From IMG/VR virus record IMGVR_UViG_3300044695_005573, positions 1-54,913 of that record: 54,913 nucleotides of DNA; one strand, 5' to 3'. How positions within the stretch are numbered: position 1 is the stretch's first letter; each line of letters starts with the position of its first letter. This DNA comes from a virus. Taxonomy: Duplodnaviria > Caudoviricetes. Under the pieces are notes generated by a model, which was not told the DNA's origin, made no database searches, and saw only the letters and a program-made list of their open reading frames with translations. Below are positions 34,634 through 44,376 of this stretch, in pieces. The position numbers were made by a program, and so were the translations under genes.

Positions 34634-34681
34634 GGGGCCTACTCGCAGTGAGTGGGGGGAAATGGCACTGCTTTCGGCCCC
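34634..34681 (-). promoter_or_regulatory. RNA hairpin with loop-E/bulged-G internal loop upstream of primase
   Basis: GGGGCC-GAAA-GCAGTG...CACTGC-GAGTA-GGCCCC. Confidence 0.55.
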
Positions 34682-34689
34682 AGGAAACA

Positions 34690-35463
34690 TCAGAACGGTG
34701 CGGAACCCGAGGATGCCTCACCGTCGCTATCGTGCTTGGTCTTCACCGCACCGGAAGACACCGATGCCGCGAAGCTCTTACAAATAGCGTAAATGCTCTC
34801 GTCTTCGACAGTACCGATGCGCTCGACTTCCCAGCCGAACCACTTACCCTTGTCGTTCGACTCAGGCTGCGTGGACAGGCGGTACATCTGGCTGTACATC
34901 GGGGGCGTGAACAGACCGTTCTTGCCCTGAAGCTTAACCGCTTGCATCATGCTATTCCACTTGCGGCTCTTCTTGAGCTGCGTGGACTTCATGACCACAA
35001 GCGCCGGGGACGGGGTGCCATCCGCGTCAACGATCATGACGTAGTGGTTAGCCGTGTTCTCGATGTAGTTGCCGTTGTCGAGGTAGTCCTTGTTGTCACC
35101 GGGCTCCCGATGAGTCCTGGACAGGATGTCGCTGGTAGCCGGGTAAATATGGAGCGGCGCTCCAGATCCGCTACCCCGCGGAGCCCACTCGATGTACTGG
35201 CGCACATAGGCGCACGGCACAACTGTGATGCCCTTTTTGCCGTCATAAAGCTGATTCGTTACCGTATTCAGGATCATGCCGGGCAATGCGCCGTCGAGCT
35301 CGCCCACTTCCGGCGAGGTGTTCGTCAACAGTCGCAGGAAGGGCAGGGCGAAGTCGTCCTGATTCATCCCGGAGAAGCTGCTGCCGGCATCCTCCTCGAA
35401 AGCCGAGGCGATCGCCAAAGCGGTGGAGGATTGGGGCTTTTCTGCAAGTGCTGTTTTAGCCAT
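34690..35463 (-). CDS. Putative single-stranded DNA-binding protein (true start 35463)
   Basis: Replication-module position; aromatic-rich core (NDKGKWFGW); acidic tail ending APF; AAGGA SD. Confidence 0.65.
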   Translation of the reverse strand: MAKTALAEKPQSSTALAIASAFEEDAGSSFSGMNQDDFALPFLRLLTNTSPEVGELDGALPGMILNTVTNQLYDGKKGITVVPCAYVRQYIEWAPRGSGSGAPLHIYPATSDILSRTHREPGDNKDYLDNGNYIENTANHYVMIVDADGTPSPALVVMKSTQLKKSRKWNSMMQAVKLQGKNGLFTPPMYSQMYRLSTQPESNDKGKWFGWEVERIGTVEDESIYAICKSFAASVSSGAVKTKHDSDGEASSGSAPF

Positions 35464-35476
35464 GGTTCGTAGTCCT

Positions 35477-36028
35477 TTATGATTTGATCGAGGCCTTTTT
35501 ACCGATGTACGCGCCGAAGAGTTCCATGGGGAACTGCTCGCCACGTGTCACCCGCTCCTTGACCCAGGCCTTGAGGGTCGAGGGTTCGATTTTCTCGGAC
35601 TGCTCGACAGGGAAACCCTGCTGACCAAGCATCCCGAGGAGACGGTTGCACAGCTCGTCTTCGCCACGCCCAAAGCGCACGCTGACGGTGTTCTTAATGA
35701 TGTCGTCAAAGCCGTGGTCCCTGAGCCATTGGAAGGCTTCGGCACGCCGGGCTTCACTGATCGAGGCGCTGTAGAAGGGCTTTATGTCGATCGAGCTGCC
35801 GTCATCCATACGGAACGACGTCATGCCGAGCTCCGAAAGCGCTTCCGGGATCGTCTCCTCGGTCAGCTTGCGGTATTGCTCTTTGTGCCCTTTAAGGACG
35901 TCTTCCGCATCGCTGATCTGCTTTTCCAGCGACTTGGCGCGACGGGCCAATGCGGCAATGCCACTGATCTGGTCGTCTTCGACCTTCAGGGCGTCCGCTT
36001 CGTTTTCAAACAAGCTCGTAAGGTTCAT
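35477..36028 (-). CDS. Conserved replication-module protein (true start 36028)
   Basis: IPEAL.ELG...AFQWLRDHG.DDIIKN...IEPSTLKAWVKE; AGAAAGGAG SD. Confidence 0.7.
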   Translation of the reverse strand: MNLTSLFENEADALKVEDDQISGIAALARRAKSLEKQISDAEDVLKGHKEQYRKLTEETIPEALSELGMTSFRMDDGSSIDIKPFYSASISEARRAEAFQWLRDHGFDDIIKNTVSVRFGRGEDELCNRLLGMLGQQGFPVEQSEKIEPSTLKAWVKERVTRGEQFPMELFGAYIGKKASIKS

Positions 36029-36350
36029 CAGATTCTCCTTTCTTGAAAAGATCAACCTCGAGGGGGATGTAGCGGCGTTCCCGCTTGTCCCACTTGAGGC
36101 ACTTGAAGCGTCCATTGTTCTTGAACGCTGCCACCGCACAACAGATTCCTATTGCCGATGGATCGCCGATCAACAACAAATAGTCGTTGTCGGTGAATTT
36201 GTCCAGCTTACGCTGGATGCGACGTACCGTCGGTACGACAGAAAACGCAATCTGCGCGTTAGGCGGCAGGATTGTGTCGATTTGGCCGTAATCCTGAGCA
36301 CTTGCAATGTTGTGCTGCAAGGTCTCGGAAACGACGTACACTTTAGGCAC
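36006..36350 (-). CDS. Conserved hypothetical protein (GTG start 36350)
   Basis: KVYVV...DYLLLIGDP...LKWD; AGAAAGGAG upstream. Confidence 0.7.
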   Translation of the reverse strand: MPKVYVVSETLQHNIASAQDYGQIDTILPPNAQIAFSVVPTVRRIQRKLDKFTDNDYLLLIGDPSAIGICCAVAAFKNNGRFKCLKWDKRERRYIPLEVDLFKKGESDEPYELV

Positions 36351-36382
36351 GGGGCAGTTCTCCTTTCTCAAGTTCTGGGACT

Positions 36383-36411
36383 AGTGTAGACTCGCGCTTC
36401 AGGGATTGCAA
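36383..36411 (-). promoter_or_regulatory. Sigma70-like promoter of replication operon
   Basis: TTGCAA-N17-TACACT in the divergent intergenic gap. Confidence 0.7.
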
Positions 36412-36435
36412 GCCCTGTCAGAAAGCGAGATCAAC

Positions 36436-37887
36436 ATGAGCCAATTTTTACAGACTTATCGGTTTAAAAACAAGCCTTTCGCGCATCAGGCCGCGTATCT
36501 TCAGCGGTTCTGGGACCATCAGGTCGCCGCCCTGTTCGCGGACATGGGCACTGGCAAGAGCTTCATGCTCATCAATAACGTTGCCATGCTCTACGATCAA
36601 GGCCGCATTAATGCTGCGCTGATCGTCGCGCCGAAGGGCGTGTACCGCAACTGGGTCGACACCGAGATCCCGAAGCACATGCCGGACCATGTGGTCTACC
36701 GCATGGCGCTGTGGGCAGCAACGCCACGCAAGGCGGAGGAGCAGGCCCTTGATTCGTTGTTCGAGATCACTGAGGACTTGAAGATCCTCGTGATGAACAT
36801 CGAGGCATTCTCGACGCCAAAGGGCACGAAGTTCGCTCAAAGATTTCTGTTCGTCCACAACGCGATGATGGCGATCGATGAGTCGACGACGATCAAGACG
36901 CCAAACAGCAAACGCAGCAAAAACACTGAAAAAACAGGCAAAACGGCGAAGTATCGTCGCATCATGACGGGCTCGCCGGTGACCAAGTCGCCCCTTGATC
37001 TGTATCAACAGTGCGCGTTCCTGTCAGAGGCGTGCCTGGACTCACCGTCCTACTACGCGTTTCAGGCGCGCTATGCCGTGACCTTCGAGCGCCGCGTCGC
37101 GACACACAGCTTCAAGCAGATCATCGGCTATCGAAAGCTCGACGAGCTCAAAGAAAAGCTTGATCGCTTCAGCTTCCGTGTCAAGAAGGAGGAGTGCCTC
37201 GATCTGCCCGACAAGCTCTATGTCAAGCGCGAGGTCGACCTCACCGACGAGCAGGTCAAGGCGTACAACGAGATGAAGACGATGGCGCTGGCGCAGTTCA
37301 ACGAAGGGCTGATGTCCACGGTGAACGCGCTGACGCAGTTGATGCGGCTGCATCAGATCGTCTGTGGGCATGTCAAGCTCGACAGCGGGGCCGTGCTGTC
37401 GCTGCCCAACAAGCGGGTGGACGAGCTGATGTCCATCGTCGAAGAGACGGACGGAAAGATCATCATCTGGGCCACCTACCGGCATGACATCGAGGCCATC
37501 AAGAAGGCCCTTCAGGGCGAATACGGCATGGAAAGTGTCGGTACGTACTACGGGGACACGGAGTCGGACGAGCGCCAGCGGGTGGTCGCGGAGTTCCAGA
37601 ACCCCGAGAGCAAACTGCGCTTTTTCATCGGTAATCCGAGCACCGGCGGCTACGGCCTGACACTAACGGCGGCCAATGTGGTCGTCTACTACAGCAACAG
37701 CTTCGATCTCGAGAAGCGGTTGCAGTCCGAGGACCGCGCGCACCGCATCGGGCAGACCAAGAATGTGACCTATATCGACCTGATAACGCCCAAGACGGTG
37801 GACGAGAAGATCGTCAAGGCCCTGCGAGACAAGATCAACATCGCGACCCAGGTTATGGGCGAAGAGGTGATGAAATGGTTGATTTGA
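36436..37887 (+). CDS. SNF2-family (SF2) helicase/translocase
   Basis: DMGTGKS, IDES, MTGSP, GYGLTL, QSEDRAHRIGQ; AGAAAG before ATG 36436. Confidence 0.92.
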   Translation: MSQFLQTYRFKNKPFAHQAAYLQRFWDHQVAALFADMGTGKSFMLINNVAMLYDQGRINAALIVAPKGVYRNWVDTEIPKHMPDHVVYRMALWAATPRKAEEQALDSLFEITEDLKILVMNIEAFSTPKGTKFAQRFLFVHNAMMAIDESTTIKTPNSKRSKNTEKTGKTAKYRRIMTGSPVTKSPLDLYQQCAFLSEACLDSPSYYAFQARYAVTFERRVATHSFKQIIGYRKLDELKEKLDRFSFRVKKEECLDLPDKLYVKREVDLTDEQVKAYNEMKTMALAQFNEGLMSTVNALTQLMRLHQIVCGHVKLDSGAVLSLPNKRVDELMSIVEETDGKIIIWATYRHDIEAIKKALQGEYGMESVGTYYGDTESDERQRVVAEFQNPESKLRFFIGNPSTGGYGLTLTAANVVVYYSNSFDLEKRLQSEDRAHRIGQTKNVTYIDLITPKTVDEKIVKALRDKINIATQVMGEEVMKWLI

Positions 37888-38594
37888 TCCCGATCAAGCG
37901 CCTGTATCAGTACGAGAAGCTCAAGCGCATCGATTCGCCCGAGGGCCGGCGGTACGTCGACGGTAATGCAAACGCATTGCCTAGCGTCACCACGGTGCTG
38001 TCGGCGACCAAGGACAAAAAGGCCCTTGATGCGTGGGCCGCGAGGGTTGGTGAGGCAGAAGCGAACCGGATCAAAAACGAGGCGGCCACTGTCGGCACGC
38101 ACATGCATGCGGTGATCGAGCGGATGATCGCGTACCGGGACCTACCGCGCCCGACCAACTGGCTCATGGTCAAGGGCTATGAGATGGGCTATCGGCTCGT
38201 CAACGAGTACTTCATGAACCTCGGGGAGATCTGGGGCTCGGAAGTGCCGCTGTATTACCCTGGCAAGTACGCTGGAACGACTGATTTGGTGGGCGTGTAC
38301 CGTGGCAATCCTGCTATCGTCGACTTCAAGCAGTCGCTGAAGCCGAAGAAGCACGAGTGGATCGAGGACTACTTCCATCAACTCGCAGCCTACGCGCTCG
38401 CGCACGATGCGGTGCATGGCACCACGATCAAGCACGGCTACGTGCTGATCTCGCTACAGACGGGCGGCACGCAGGAATTCAGCACCAGTGGCGCTGAATT
38501 TGATCGCTACAAGGCGGCCTGGCTGGAGCGTGTTGAACGCTTCCTTAGCCAGGCATCGGCGGCACCCCCGCCTGCATCGCAGCCGCCCCCGTAA
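37875..38594 (+). CDS. PD-(D/E)XK exonuclease (MGME1/lambda-exo-like)
   Basis: LPSVTTVL, GTHMH, SE, AGTTD, VDFK, QLAAY. Confidence 0.85.
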   Translation: MVDLIPIKRLYQYEKLKRIDSPEGRRYVDGNANALPSVTTVLSATKDKKALDAWAARVGEAEANRIKNEAATVGTHMHAVIERMIAYRDLPRPTNWLMVKGYEMGYRLVNEYFMNLGEIWGSEVPLYYPGKYAGTTDLVGVYRGNPAIVDFKQSLKPKKHEWIEDYFHQLAAYALAHDAVHGTTIKHGYVLISLQTGGTQEFSTSGAEFDRYKAAWLERVERFLSQASAAPPPASQPPP

Positions 38595-41500
38595 TCGCAT
38601 CGTTCGGGAAGAGCTGCTGGAGCATCATCCGGCTCTGCGAAGACGGCGGGCCGCCACTTGTCGGCGGAGGGCCCGCGGGCGGCGGACCTCCCTGTCCGGC
38701 AGGCATGCCTGGCATACCACGAGTCGTGGGGGCCGGAGGCGCGGTACGGATGCGGCGAGCTTCCTCGCGACGACGAGCGGTATCTTCCCGTTGCTCTCTG
38801 GTGACGTTAAGCGCAGGAATCGTGGCGCGCTGGCCCGTCTGCATGAGGATGCCGGCAGCGCTGAAACGGTCGCGGACCTCGCGGAGGAACGCCAGATTTT
38901 CTTCATCTGTGCGTCCCTTGCGCAGCAAGGCAGCCATGATTTTCGGGTCCGCCGCCGCTTCCTTCAATGCGGCCAGGGCATTGAGCCGTGGCATTTGATT
39001 GAAGAGCTGCTGGGCCGTGCTCGACACGGCGCTGGCCGCGGCGAGCGAGCCCGGGCCGCTTGGGATCGCATTGGAGCCCAGATGCAGCGCAATAAAGCGC
39101 ACCGCAAAAGCATCCAATGGACTGCCACCTGCCAGGACGTTCTCGAGGAACGCACGGTTGCCCCTGGCCTCTTGGATGCGACGCATTGGGATGAGCAAAC
39201 GGCGAAGGTTCTTCACTTCGTCGGCAGTCATCAGGCCTTGCGTACGCAGGACGTTGATGATCGACGGCTGCCCCGGGGCAAGCGGCCTGAAGAGGTTGTC
39301 GTCAAAGGCCTTGACGCTGAACTGATTGCCCGTACCGCCGGCCTTGGTGTACGCCCACTCCAGGATGGAGGACTTCAGCCCATCCAAAGCGGACTGGCGA
39401 TTCGGGCCGGCCCTGTTGACCACCTCGATGAGCTGACGCACTCCGGCCACCGGCGTACGGCTTGCCAGGATGTCCGAAACTGCCGCGGTGGGCTTTTCCC
39501 CGCCCACAAGCACCGAGGCGAACGCTTCTTGGTTACGCAACTGCCGTGCCGCGGCGGAGTTGGGGTCTTTAAGTGCAGCAAATGCAGTCTCTGCATCCAG
39601 CGCATTCGTCAGATCGTTCTTCAACGAACCGAACTTGTCCAATGTGTTCTGATTACGCGCCATCCAGTTGGCAAGCGCCGCCTGATTGACACGGCCCGTC
39701 TGCGGATTGACGATCGTCGGGTCCGTCATCGCCATGCGCAGCACACGCTCCATGGCATCTGTGACGGATATCACGCGCTCCTTGGAAGCCTTCGCCAGCG
39801 GTTCCATGTCCTTGAGCTGCTGCCGGACGATAGCGATCTGCGACGAAGGCGCCTTGATGGAACGAAGCTGCGCGAGCTGCTGCGTCAGCGCGTCATACTG
39901 TCGCCCGAAGAGGCCAACGGCGTCCTCGATCTGCTCCATGCGCGCAAAGGTCAGGTCGCTGTCGCGACCGAACATGCGGCTGACGAGGATCTCCGGCGGG
40001 ATGCGCTCGGCACCGGCCTTGGTCACCGCCGTGACGTCCCGAGCGTAGCTACGAGTAAAGTTATCGTTCAGCGAACGCGAGAACTGACGCGCGCGATCGT
40101 ATGCCTTGGTGTTGAGCTGCGAGAAGTCATCGAGGATGGACTCGGCAAGCATGCCAAACATACGGGCATCACTCGGCGAGCGCTGCCCTGTGCTCGAGGC
40201 CGAATCGCGGGCCCAGCCAAGCAGGTCTCCACGGATGCGGATGAGCTCGTCCACCGGGGTCTTGTTGCCCAGCGGCTCGTAGATCGTCTTTCCGCCGCGA
40301 CCAGGTCGCAGGCCGCCGATGAGGAACTCCTCGGGCACCTTTCCGGTTTCAAGGTACTCAGGCGTACGCATGCCACGCTGGTACGAAGCGATCGCCGTCT
40401 CGTTGATGCCAAGACGGCCCATGATTGAGCGAAGCTCGGTAGGCAGTGACGAGTAACGCTCGGGCGTCATGTTTGACGCCATGTCGAGGAACGTCGTCAG
40501 CATCTTCTTAGGGACAAGCGTCTTAGGGACAATCTCGCCTTTCCGCACGCGCGTGCTCTGTTGGAACGCGGCGCGCCAGAGCGACTTTTCGTAATCACGG
40601 ACCTCGTCAAGCGCCTGGTTGACGCTGCGCTTGATGGTGTCGCCGATCAACAGGCGATTAGCCGCCGTGTCCGTTTGGATACGGGACACCGCGTTGGCGG
40701 CGTTACGCTCTGCGATACCGATTCGGCCAAGGATCATGCTGTCGTATGTCTGCGCCTGCATCTCTGCGGCAGCACGTAGCATGGCTGGACTGCCCACCTT
40801 CTGAAGGGCCTCGATCAGCGACTGCTGCGCGCGCATTGCAAGTAGCGACTGATTTTCAACGCGCGACTTGAACATCGGATCGCCGCGGGCGAGGCTCAAT
40901 TCAAGGATTGAGAGCCCCGGATCGCCTGTCGCTTGAGCCGCGGTTGGTCTTGCATCAGGCGGGAAGTCCTTCTCGAGCTGCTTGATGAGGTTCTTGTAGT
41001 AACGCTCGCGCAAGAAAGCCGCCCGTTGCAGGGCATCTGGCGTACCAAGTTGCTCGAGCTCACGGATCGGGGCAGATTCCTTGAGGACGCCATCCAGGAC
41101 CCCATACAGGCGATTTGCGCGCGCCTGGTCCACCACCCCTTCGTTGAACTGGCGGCTGACGACGTTTTTGAGCGTGTCGTACCCGGTCCCGATACCGTTC
41201 CAAAGCAGGCGGCCCGGCGTAAACACGCTCGCGCCAAACTCAGAGGCGAAACGCACCCCAGCCTGACCGGGGTAAAAGGCTTCCGCGGCACCGCCGGCTG
41301 CGCCTGCCGCACCCGCGGTCAGTGCCTCTGCCCCGAGATACGTCTTCGGGTTACGGCGCGCCATGCTGGAAGTGTAATCAATGAGCTTGTAGAGACGGGA
41401 CCCGACATTATTGCCCGTATAGACGGCTGCGGGCGTGCGGAGAAGGAATGCGGCCGGACTGGCGGCTAACATGCCGCCTGCGGTGATGGCCCCCTCACGA

Positions 41501-42216
41501 TACGGAACAAGGTCCTCCCGCGGCGGGGACGGAAAAAAGTCTGCGAGCGTATCGCTCAACAGGTACGTGCCGCCGTAAGCTCCAGCCGCAGCAATAAACG
41601 GAATGGCGGCGGCCAACGGAACAGGAAGCGCGGCAGCGGGGGCGGTTGCAGTGAATGTAGCCGCAGCGGCCACTGACGGCGCACCATACCGAACCGCGCC
41701 CTCTGCGAGGCCCAACCCCACCTGAGCGGTCTTTTGCCCGACTGTGGGGCCGGAAGGAACCGTTAACCTTTCTGCCCAGTCAGGTAAAGGCTCTTCCTTT
41801 AATGGCTCGATAATTACATTTGAAATGTTATCTAAAGCACTTGGTTCTGGGGCCAAATAAGGCGCCAGTTGCGCTTCTAGTTCCTCAGTAGACAATTGAG
41901 GCGGCGGCTGCGGGCTTACGACTCTGTCCATAGTCGGTGCAGCCTGATCCCCCTCTCGTCCATCAAAACGAAAAACTCGATTGCCAATCGTGACTTCAGA
42001 GATGCCCGATGACGCAGGAGGAGGTGCCGAAGTGGGCTGCATATTCGGCAACTGCGAAAACAACGCCTGTCGCTTGTCCACAGGGATGTTGTTGAACGTG
42101 TCCGGGTTCATAGCCAACTGTGGGTTTAGCCCAAGGTCCGCTATAGACGCGCGAACGGTAGCCACCTGTTCCGGTGTGAGGTTTTCAAACCGAAAACGAT
42201 CCGAAGGCGTTGCCAT
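38545..42216 (-). CDS. Large internal virion / DNA-ejection protein (putative)
   Basis: 1223 aa, helical, hydrophobic A/G-rich segments; last of four large genes after the tail genes; C-terminal QQLFPND motif. Confidence 0.65.
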   Translation of the reverse strand: MATPSDRFRFENLTPEQVATVRASIADLGLNPQLAMNPDTFNNIPVDKRQALFSQLPNMQPTSAPPPASSGISEVTIGNRVFRFDGREGDQAAPTMDRVVSPQPPPQLSTEELEAQLAPYLAPEPSALDNISNVIIEPLKEEPLPDWAERLTVPSGPTVGQKTAQVGLGLAEGAVRYGAPSVAAAATFTATAPAAALPVPLAAAIPFIAAAGAYGGTYLLSDTLADFFPSPPREDLVPYREGAITAGGMLAASPAAFLLRTPAAVYTGNNVGSRLYKLIDYTSSMARRNPKTYLGAEALTAGAAGAAGGAAEAFYPGQAGVRFASEFGASVFTPGRLLWNGIGTGYDTLKNVVSRQFNEGVVDQARANRLYGVLDGVLKESAPIRELEQLGTPDALQRAAFLRERYYKNLIKQLEKDFPPDARPTAAQATGDPGLSILELSLARGDPMFKSRVENQSLLAMRAQQSLIEALQKVGSPAMLRAAAEMQAQTYDSMILGRIGIAERNAANAVSRIQTDTAANRLLIGDTIKRSVNQALDEVRDYEKSLWRAAFQQSTRVRKGEIVPKTLVPKKMLTTFLDMASNMTPERYSSLPTELRSIMGRLGINETAIASYQRGMRTPEYLETGKVPEEFLIGGLRPGRGGKTIYEPLGNKTPVDELIRIRGDLLGWARDSASSTGQRSPSDARMFGMLAESILDDFSQLNTKAYDRARQFSRSLNDNFTRSYARDVTAVTKAGAERIPPEILVSRMFGRDSDLTFARMEQIEDAVGLFGRQYDALTQQLAQLRSIKAPSSQIAIVRQQLKDMEPLAKASKERVISVTDAMERVLRMAMTDPTIVNPQTGRVNQAALANWMARNQNTLDKFGSLKNDLTNALDAETAFAALKDPNSAAARQLRNQEAFASVLVGGEKPTAAVSDILASRTPVAGVRQLIEVVNRAGPNRQSALDGLKSSILEWAYTKAGGTGNQFSVKAFDDNLFRPLAPGQPSIINVLRTQGLMTADEVKNLRRLLIPMRRIQEARGNRAFLENVLAGGSPLDAFAVRFIALHLGSNAIPSGPGSLAAASAVSSTAQQLFNQMPRLNALAALKEAAADPKIMAALLRKGRTDEENLAFLREVRDRFSAAGILMQTGQRATIPALNVTREQREDTARRREEARRIRTAPPAPTTRGMPGMPAGQGGPPPAGPPPTSGGPPSSQSRMMLQQLFPNDAITGAAAMQAGVPPMPG

Positions 42217-42219
42217 GTG

Positions 42220-44364
42220 TTAACGCTTCCTCTTTTCTAGTTCCAACGCGGCGGAATTTACATCGCGTCGTATGGTCCCGTTAATCAAGACCTCTGTTGT
42301 TCCCGGAGGCAGGTTGAGCATGTCTGCTTCGCTATACACGGACGGCGGAAGATCAAAGTAACTGAGCAGACGCTCAAGCGTCGACACCTTGGCCCGTGCT
42401 TCGCCTACCTGCTCTGGACGCAGTGTTGCGCCCAATGATCCCGGACGAGTGTCGGACTTCTTGCGGTAGTCGTCCAGCACTTGATTAATAATCGTGGAAA
42501 GACCGATAAGATGCGTCCCGTAGGCTTCTGGATCCTTCCAAACCCCGGGTTTGATCTTCAACATACCCTGCAACATGCGCTGCTCTGTCACGCTGTTCTG
42601 CGCGCTCTTGAGGAAGGCCTCCGTGGCCTCCTCCGCAACAATTTCTGCCTGTGAACGCGCAAGTGTGATGTCCTTAAACGGATCGCCAAGCACCGGGGTC
42701 TGCGAAACGGCTGCATAAACGGCCGCGAAGGGGCCTGAAACTCTCGAGCGATTGCCCCACAACGATATCGGAGCTGTCATCGCCACTTCCCGCGACAAAC
42801 GTGCGGGCTCATCAGCAGGACGATCCGATGCACGCGCGGTGCCCGCCTCGGTTCGCTGTTCTCCGCCCGGAGAAAGCAACGGAGCAGGCGCTTCGACCAC
42901 CTCGCCAGGAGCCGCCTCGACGCGAGTGGTCTCGTCCGTAACCGGCTTGTGATCAAGCGTGACCTGCGTGCCAGGAGGAACACTACCGCTCTTGCGCATG
43001 TCCTGCGCCTGTATGACGAATGCGGGCAGTTGATTACCTGGGAGTTTCGTCGGCTCGCCCGTTGGTCTTCCAGATACCGGATCAATAGCTTGCGTATATC
43101 GCGGCTGCGTATAGTCTGTAATGGCCGAAGCGATAAGGTTGTTCTCCTCCAGCGTTGTCTGGCCCGTGGCATACCGTTCCATAAGCCCCGGGGCGTTGAA
43201 GATTTTAAACGCCCAGTTGCCCGTGAAACTGCCTGCCCCGCGCCGTTCTGCGGCCTTGAATCGCGCATCTGCCTGAAGAATTGTGTTGAGCACCGCTCGC
43301 TTCTCTGAAGCAAGCTTGGTGTTGATCTGCTGGATCTCATCACGATCCTTCTCGCCCGCCTGCAACGCCAAGAGCTTGAGCTGACGCTGCGTCGTCTCGA
43401 TGTCGTTGACGCGCTTTTGAATGGCAGCGGGAAGATTGCTGAACGCCCCGGCCAGCCGCGACACCGGCGAGCCGCGGAGGGCTTCGCCGCGCGGGCCGCG
43501 GTTCGAGGCGAAATTAAGCGCCGCCCCGGCAATGTCAAACAGCATGTTTGCCTTGGTGGCCTCACGGTCCGGGGCAAGCATCTGCTCGTACTGAGGAAGC
43601 CGTGCCGCCATCGCTTGTTCAAGCGTCGGAACTGCTTGCGGACGCTGGGACAACGAGCTCATCGCCGCCATTTGCGCCATTTCAGTCATCTCAGGAGAGT
43701 AAAGCATGCCCGCGGCAGTGCTTCTTTCATCGTACGGGGTCACGCCCTCCTCATCGGACCCGTCCTGAAAACGCTGGACAAGCCCGCCGTCCTTCATCTG
43801 GATCGGAGGCAGTCCTTCCGGCGGAATCGGCTGGCCATCCGGCCCCGTCATCGGTCCCGGAGGTGCCATGCCGCCCCCAGGGGGAGGGCCGGCAGCAGCG
43901 AGAAGAGCGGCCATGTCACCGCCGGCAGGCGGTGTGGCTCCGCCAGGAGGAGGAGGCGGAGCACCGGGAGGCATAGCTCCCATGGGTCCCCCCGGGGGCG
44001 GCGGCATTGGAGGTTGTGGCCCTTGGGCCATGGGCTCTGATTGGGGCAGCGCGCCGATCCCGCCGCCCTGCGCGAGCACCGGCTGGAGCATCGCAAGGAC
44101 AGAATCGGGAGTTTCGGTCGCGGCCTCGTATCCCACCAGATCGGCAAGCTCTTCGCGACGCGCATCGACCGAGCGCATGTCGCCGCGAAGGTTGTTCATA
44201 AGGATTTCAGGCGAATCGACGCGACGGTTGAGCATTTTTGCGGAAACTGCGTCGTCGGAGTTTTCCTCCTCTTCGCGTTCGTTCTCTTCCTCGCCAACAT
44301 CGTCGAGGAAGCCCTGCATAATGCCGACGTTTTCGTAGTCGTCCATCATCTTGTCTTTCATCAT
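42220..44364 (-). CDS. Internal virion / ejection protein (putative)
   Basis: LMNNLRGDMRSVDARREELADLVG domain, Pro/Gly linker, MKDGGLV..FQDGS motifs. Confidence 0.65.
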   Translation of the reverse strand: MMKDKMMDDYENVGIMQGFLDDVGEEENEREEEENSDDAVSAKMLNRRVDSPEILMNNLRGDMRSVDARREELADLVGYEAATETPDSVLAMLQPVLAQGGGIGALPQSEPMAQGPQPPMPPPPGGPMGAMPPGAPPPPPGGATPPAGGDMAALLAAAGPPPGGGMAPPGPMTGPDGQPIPPEGLPPIQMKDGGLVQRFQDGSDEEGVTPYDERSTAAGMLYSPEMTEMAQMAAMSSLSQRPQAVPTLEQAMAARLPQYEQMLAPDREATKANMLFDIAGAALNFASNRGPRGEALRGSPVSRLAGAFSNLPAAIQKRVNDIETTQRQLKLLALQAGEKDRDEIQQINTKLASEKRAVLNTILQADARFKAAERRGAGSFTGNWAFKIFNAPGLMERYATGQTTLEENNLIASAITDYTQPRYTQAIDPVSGRPTGEPTKLPGNQLPAFVIQAQDMRKSGSVPPGTQVTLDHKPVTDETTRVEAAPGEVVEAPAPLLSPGGEQRTEAGTARASDRPADEPARLSREVAMTAPISLWGNRSRVSGPFAAVYAAVSQTPVLGDPFKDITLARSQAEIVAEEATEAFLKSAQNSVTEQRMLQGMLKIKPGVWKDPEAYGTHLIGLSTIINQVLDDYRKKSDTRPGSLGATLRPEQVGEARAKVSTLERLLSYFDLPPSVYSEADMLNLPPGTTEVLINGTIRRDVNSAALELEKRKR

Positions 44365-44376
44365 TATCCTGGCCCC

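Noticed and set aside
38488-40428. 646-aa + strand ORF and other long antisense ORFs (e.g. 195..1142, 10111..11286, 13791..14921, 22497..23558, 49831..50769)
   Set aside because: Shadow frames of GC-rich - strand genes that have recognisable motifs; Arg/His-rich nonsense composition.
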